Assembly: GCA_947479085.1 (NCBI GenBank)
Contig: CANJYB010000017.1
Span: 34,955 to 98,954, forward strand
Origin: Bacteroidota bacterium
Lineage (GTDB): Bacteria; Bacteroidota; Bacteroidia; 2-12-FULL-35-15
Direction: 5' to 3'
DNA length: 64,000 nt
The position numbers and the translations under genes are program-made. How positions within the stretch are numbered: position 1 is the stretch's first letter; each line of letters begins with the position of its first letter. This document shows, in pieces, positions 59,105 through 64,000 of the stretch. The notes under the pieces are model-generated. The model did not search any database, was not told the origin of the DNA, and saw nothing but the letters and a program-made list of their open reading frames with translations.

Positions 59105-59194
59105 AATTAACACCGGCTACTTATTAATTAACACCGGCTACTTATTAATTAACGTCCGCTACTTATTAATTAGCGCTGGCTACTTATTAATTAA
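59105..59194. repeat. Tandem repeat, 21-bp unit, about 4.3 copies
   Basis: AATTAACACCGGCTACTTATT units at about 59105-59190 between convergent rnhA and SDR. Confidence 0.92.
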
Positions 59195-59389
59195 GAAACC
59201 TCTTTTACCAGATAAAATCACCGGACATTTAACAATTCCTATTGATTTCTAGGCTTTTATAAGCAATTCATTAATCCGGCAAATTCAGGCAAAGGTTTCC
59301 AATTATTGATTAGTGACACTAAAATAAGAGTCAGGGAAGCGAGGTTATTTTTATAAGTAAATGAAGAAATGGTATTAAAAAAAGCCTTT

Positions 59390-60178
59390 TTACAAACTTC
59401 CCGTTCTGCCACCATCCACAGGCACATTTATGCCTGTAATATAAGCAGCAGCAGGAGAGGCTAAAAATGCCACCGCATTAGCTACTTCCGAGGCATCAGC
59501 AAATCTCCCCATGGGGATTTCCTTTATCATTTCGCCTTGTATTTCGTCAATCGTTTTGCTTTTGTTTTTCGAATTGGTGGAAATAATGCTTTGCAATCTT
59601 CCGGTTAAGGTAGCACCCGGCAACACATTGTTTACCGTTATTCCATCGGCAGCCACTTCGGTTGCCAATGTTTTACTCCAGTTGGCAACAGCTGCTCGAA
59701 TGGTATTGGAAACCCCTAAATTCTTTAAAGGAATTTTTACAGAAGTACTGATAATATTAATAATCCTTCCGTATTTTTCCTTCTTCATTCCTTCGAGCAA
59801 GGACTGAACTAAAATATGATTGCACACCAGATGGTTATTAAATGCCTGCAGAAACTCTTCCACTTTAGCACTTTGAACAGGACCACCGGCAGGGCCTCCG
59901 GTATTATTTACCAATATATTTATGGGAGCGTTTGTATCCACATACTTCTCCATTTTCAGTTTTAATTCGTTTGGCATTCCAAAGTCGGCACATATATACG
60001 TATGCTTTTGCCCTTTGGAAATATCCAGGTCTTTCAATGCTTCTTTTAAGGATTCTTCATTCCTGGCCAATAATATTACATTGGCACCAAGCAAAGCCAG
60101 TTCAATGGCCGAGGCTTTTCCAATTCCCTGTGTGCTTCCGCAAACAAGTGCTGTTTTTCCTGTTAAGTCTAAATTCAT
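59390..60178 (-). CDS. SDR family oxidoreductase
   Basis: GSTQGIG, NNTGGP, VPVDGG. Confidence 0.9.
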   Translation of the reverse strand: MNLDLTGKTALVCGSTQGIGKASAIELALLGANVILLARNEESLKEALKDLDISKGQKHTYICADFGMPNELKLKMEKYVDTNAPINILVNNTGGPAGGPVQSAKVEEFLQAFNNHLVCNHILVQSLLEGMKKEKYGRIINIISTSVKIPLKNLGVSNTIRAAVANWSKTLATEVAADGITVNNVLPGATLTGRLQSIISTNSKNKSKTIDEIQGEMIKEIPMGRFADASEVANAVAFLASPAAAYITGINVPVDGGRTGSL

Positions 60179-60214
60179 TGAGCAAAGATAAAAATTAATT
60201 GCATGCGATACCTT

Positions 60215-60249
60215 TACCCCTGGCAGGGTTTTGAACCCTGCCAGGGGTA
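60215..60249. repeat. REP-like palindrome, family A
   Basis: TACCCCTGGCAGGGTT-TTG-AACCCTGCCAGGGGTA (compensatory change relative to the 17028 copy). Confidence 0.85.
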
Positions 60250-60254
60250 TTACG

Positions 60255-61391
60255 TCAGAACGGCTCCCCGTGTGTTGACTTTACCACAGCATTTCTTAAA
60301 AATGGAAGCGCCTTTAAAACAGTAATAGTAAAATTAGTAAGCGATTTATTCTTTAATAGTTTCTGAAGGAATTTGGACAGTTCAACCCGCTTTTTAAATT
60401 GTTTTTTCCAAAATACTTCATATTTGTTTTCCAATTCCTTCCTTGTAATTTTTTTATTAAAATAATCAATCAATAATTTATTCAATACAAATGAACTTCT
60501 CATGGCCATGCTCATACCATTTCCGCTCAGGGGTGCAATGTTTCCTGCAGCATCACCCAACATAATAATTTTACTTTCTACCGCATTTTTATATCCTATT
60601 TTAATCTGCGAAATAGCCAAAGGTTCTTCAAACAGAAAGTGTGCTTCATTATAATATTTATCCAGAAAGGGATTTTTCATCAATACTTCCTTCTCCATTT
60701 GTTTGATGTCACCGTTATACTTTTTCAGATTTTCGGAATCGGTTAAATAACACAAACAGCAGACATTATTTTCTATCCTGGAAATACCACAATAACCATT
60801 TTCGAAATTATGAAGTTCTATCGTATCATCCGAAAACAGCGTTTTTACATGGTATTTTATGCCTACATAGTTTTTCTCTGTTTTATCTTTTAAAGTAAAT
60901 GCCCGGGTAAGTTTTGTATCCATGTTGCTTTTTTTACCCCATGCTCCCACCGCTATTTCAGCAGTATAATTTCCTTTTGATGTTTCAATGGTAAATTCAT
61001 TTCCATTAAATTTAACATCATTTACTTTACAATCATCCAGCACTACAACCCCTTTCTCCTTTGCTATTTCAGCCAGTTTGCTATCCAGTAAATACCTGCT
61101 GATGCCAAACCCGCCCAAATCTAAATGATGATGTAATCGTTTTCCTGAAGGGGAAGAAACAGTTAATTCTGATATACGAGGTAAATTCATTTCAGAAAGT
61201 TTCAGCCCTAATCGTTCCAAGAAATCCCACGATTCCATGGACACATATTCGCCACAAACTTTATGAAAAGGAAATTTATTTCGTTCGAACAGAATACAGG
61301 AATAACCTGCATCCGCCATCTGAATAGAGAGGGTTAAGCCAGCCAGGCCACCACCAACTATTCCAACCTGATATGAATTTTCCTGTTTCAT
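60255..61391 (-). CDS. FAD-dependent oxidoreductase/hydroxylase
   Basis: VGGGLAG, KVCGE, GDAAG..PLSGNGM. Confidence 0.85.
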   Translation of the reverse strand: MKQENSYQVGIVGGGLAGLTLSIQMADAGYSCILFERNKFPFHKVCGEYVSMESWDFLERLGLKLSEMNLPRISELTVSSPSGKRLHHHLDLGGFGISRYLLDSKLAEIAKEKGVVVLDDCKVNDVKFNGNEFTIETSKGNYTAEIAVGAWGKKSNMDTKLTRAFTLKDKTEKNYVGIKYHVKTLFSDDTIELHNFENGYCGISRIENNVCCLCYLTDSENLKKYNGDIKQMEKEVLMKNPFLDKYYNEAHFLFEEPLAISQIKIGYKNAVESKIIMLGDAAGNIAPLSGNGMSMAMRSSFVLNKLLIDYFNKKITRKELENKYEVFWKKQFKKRVELSKFLQKLLKNKSLTNFTITVLKALPFLRNAVVKSTHGEPF

Positions 61392-62092
61392 TTTTTACCA
61401 ACTACCAAATACCTGAATGCCCATTTCCATTTTATAATCACGTCATTAATTCCTGCCTCTTCAAACAAACTAACCAACTCCTTTTTCTTAAATCCCCTGA
61501 GCACTGAAAGGGGTGCATCGTTTTTTACTAACGAAGAACCATTGAATAAACGGGTCAATAGTTTAATACTGTAATAAGCAATAGCATTTCTTTCCAGGTC
61601 ATTTATAATAAAACCAATATCAGCATATTTTTTCATATAGAAAAACAGTTCTTTTAGTTCATCGTCCTTTAAATGATGGCAAAAAAGTGAACAATGAACA
61701 ATATCTGTTGAGGGGTTAAATTTTAAATAATCCCGGTAATCACTCACCCTTCCTTTTATTTCAGGAAACGATTTGCAATTGGAATTGAGGTAAGCTATTG
61801 CATCTGCATTCATATCCACACCAGTAAGGACTACATCAAAGCCATACGCCCGGGCCCATCTGGCTATGTATTTTAAAGCATCGCCGCCCCCGCAACCAAT
61901 ATCCACAATATGGTAGGTTTTGTTTTTATCGGTAACCAATTGTTTAATTCCTGCAATAGTAATAGAATGCCCACCTAAGGTTTTGTTGATGAAATCGAGT
62001 TCGCGAAGATTTTGAAAGAGTAATTCCCTCGGAATGTCCGGTGCATCTAATAATTCGGCCTGGTAGGAACGTTGGGTAAATTTATCAGGCAT
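61388..62092 (-). CDS. SAM-dependent methyltransferase
   Basis: RS..ELLD, INKTLGG, DIGCGGGD, LFCHH, NDLER; ATG at 62092 overlaps the PKS stop. Confidence 0.85.
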   Translation of the reverse strand: MPDKFTQRSYQAELLDAPDIPRELLFQNLRELDFINKTLGGHSITIAGIKQLVTDKNKTYHIVDIGCGGGDALKYIARWARAYGFDVVLTGVDMNADAIAYLNSNCKSFPEIKGRVSDYRDYLKFNPSTDIVHCSLFCHHLKDDELKELFFYMKKYADIGFIINDLERNAIAYYSIKLLTRLFNGSSLVKNDAPLSVLRGFKKKELVSLFEEAGINDVIIKWKWAFRYLVVGKK

Positions 62093-63182
62093 AGGTGAAC
62101 AGAGCAGTTTCAATACTAAGTCCGGGTCCGAAACCAATAGAGAACATGGTTTCTCCTTGTTTGTTCTTTTTCTCCATCAATTCATTCATTACAAAAAGAA
62201 TGGTTGGTGATGACATGTTTCCATATTCATCCAATATACGGTATGAATCTTGAACATCTTTATCCGATAATTGTAATTTATCTTTTATAGTATCTATTAT
62301 TTTCTTCCCTCCGGGATGAATAGCCCAGTTGGTAATCGATTCACGGGAGACCTTTAATTTTTCCGTTGCATTTTTTAATATGGTATTTACTTCTTCTCCT
62401 ATAAATCCCGGAATCCTTGCATCCAATATCATTTCGAAATTAACCGGTGTAATGTTCCATCCCATCAGGTCTTTTCCCTTATCCAAAAGCAAGGAATAAA
62501 AACCATTTATGTTCAGACTTTTTTGTTTTGATTCTGAACTGTGTTTATCTGAAGTAACAATTACTGCTGCTGCTCCATCTCCAAAAATAGTATTGGAAAG
62601 CAGGTTATCATGATTGTTCTTTGGCTGAAAATGAAGGGTACAAAGCTCCACACATACAATTAGAACTTTCGCGTTCTCATCTGTTTTGGAAATCATGTCT
62701 GCTATTTTAAGCGCATGAAAAGCCGCATTACAACCCATAAAATTAACGGAAGTGTGAAATATATCCTTTGGCAGGTTTAGTTTTTCTACCAATACTGCAT
62801 CTATTCCTGGTGCACACATACCCGTACAGGAAACAGTGATTAAATGGGTAACGCCAAACTTATCAATTGTCGTATTAATGTTCTTAAAAGAATTAGTGAT
62901 GGCTTTTATTGCCAACGGAATAGCACGTTCTTTAAATACATTCAGCCGGTCTTCCACATTTGCTGTGCTTGGCGTTCCGTTAAAAAATATATGTTCCTTT
63001 CTTGATTTATCAAAGTCAGGGATAACGGAATAACGCGTGTGAATACCACTGTTATGAAACAATACATTCAATTTTCTGGACGCAACGGAATTATCGTATG
63101 CTGCGTGCATAAACTCCAGTATCTCCGTTTGATTGGTTTTGTTATCCGGCACTGCCGTTCCTATCGAAATTATCTTACTCAT
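62085..63182 (-). CDS. Type III polyketide synthase
   Basis: Cys-His-Asn triad: FMGCNA, IHPGG, GNMSS; GFGPG; TAATG coupling with the upstream gene. Confidence 0.93.
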   Translation of the reverse strand: MSKIISIGTAVPDNKTNQTEILEFMHAAYDNSVASRKLNVLFHNSGIHTRYSVIPDFDKSRKEHIFFNGTPSTANVEDRLNVFKERAIPLAIKAITNSFKNINTTIDKFGVTHLITVSCTGMCAPGIDAVLVEKLNLPKDIFHTSVNFMGCNAAFHALKIADMISKTDENAKVLIVCVELCTLHFQPKNNHDNLLSNTIFGDGAAAVIVTSDKHSSESKQKSLNINGFYSLLLDKGKDLMGWNITPVNFEMILDARIPGFIGEEVNTILKNATEKLKVSRESITNWAIHPGGKKIIDTIKDKLQLSDKDVQDSYRILDEYGNMSSPTILFVMNELMEKKNKQGETMFSIGFGPGLSIETALFTYA

Positions 63183-64000
63183 TAAAACCAACTAAAATTA
63201 TTATTCAAAATTAAAACTAAAAAATAGATATTCATGCAGGTGGATGCCAGCAAATTCATTGACATTGTATTTTCAAAGTTAGCATTTGCTGTACTTTTTC
63301 TAACATTATTGAACCAGAATAACAAGCGCAATACTACCGGCAACATCATTACAAAAAATAAAAACAAAGCAATTCGTTGATGTTTTAAATCGAAATAATA
63401 AAACAGCAAAGTTGAAGCAATAGCAAACATGATGGCAGAAAATACAAACGTGCCTACATATCCTAATTTATAACTAATGGAAGTTACCCCATCTTTTTTG
63501 TCAGCAGTATGCTGGTAAATTTGCGTCAGCGGATATACGCTGCCAATAAATAAACTAGCCACTAGCATACAGATAAGATTATTACTGTTAAAAAAACTTT
63601 CGAATGTAAAAGTATTAACAGCAGAAGAAACCATAAGATAAGTAAACGCCCCCTGGAACAGAAAAACAGTTAAGAAGCCAACCACTGCATATTTCTTTAA
63701 TCTTAAATTCCTGTAACTGTAAGCCCTCGAAATAAGCACGTATAACAAAACAAAAAAGGAGAAGTAAACGGAAACCAACAAACCTGCAAGTATTCCAACA
63801 ATATCCAGTAACAAGGTTGCATAAAATAAATTCTCCGTAACCTTCGGTGGATTTTTAAGCCCGCCAATGCTTGTTTCATCTTTATCCTGGTAACTATTAT
63901 AACCATTACTGGATGGGTATATAAACAAATGAAGAATAATGAATGCAATAATGGTATGCTGCCAATTAACATTTACAGCCTGACTTAAGGCAAATAAAAA
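63182..64000 (-). CDS. UbiA-family prenyltransferase (5' part outside window)
   Basis: NGYNSYQDKD and YQHTADKKDG Asp-rich motifs; frame open to the window edge. Confidence 0.85.
   Translation of the reverse strand, partial: FLFALSQAVNVNWQHTIIAFIILHLFIYPSSNGYNSYQDKDETSIGGLKNPPKVTENLFYATLLLDIVGILAGLLVSVYFSFFVLLYVLISRAYSYRNLRLKKYAVVGFLTVFLFQGAFTYLMVSSAVNTFTFESFFNSNNLICMLVASLFIGSVYPLTQIYQHTADKKDGVTSISYKLGYVGTFVFSAIMFAIASTLLFYYFDLKHQRIALFLFFVMMLPVVLRLLFWFNNVRKSTANANFENTMSMNLLASTCMNIYFLVLILNNNFSWF

Overview
AT-rich chromosomal window of a gliding Bacteroidota bacterium, judged from gldB/gldC, seven T9SS-sorted proteins and TAnnTTTG promoter boxes. The housekeeping backbone includes rbfA, murF, nadE, aconitase, dtd, rsgA, rnc-fabF-acpP, purN and rnhA. 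Two accessory patches interrupt it, at about 10.5-14.7 kb and 30-41.9 kb. Main observations: (1) an integron-like gene cassette carrying a PD-(D/E)XK nuclease, with self-complementary ends, an attC-like hairpin, an attI-like site with promoter and the start of a second cassette, but no integrase in the window; (2) five sequence-unrelated intergenic tandem arrays and one tandem operator that all have a period of about 21 or 42 bp, several next to orphan helical-protein genes and a divergent ECF sigma factor; (3) a UbiA / type III PKS / methyltransferase / FAD-oxidoreductase operon; (4) a phosphate neighbourhood with a VTC-DUF4956-DUF2490 operon, and DUF47 plus a PiT transporter that has a duplicated inserted domain; (5) a 35-aa histone H1-like gene missed by the ORF track. 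No rRNA, tRNA or CRISPR array was recognised. All calls come from reading the sequence by eye, without database searches.
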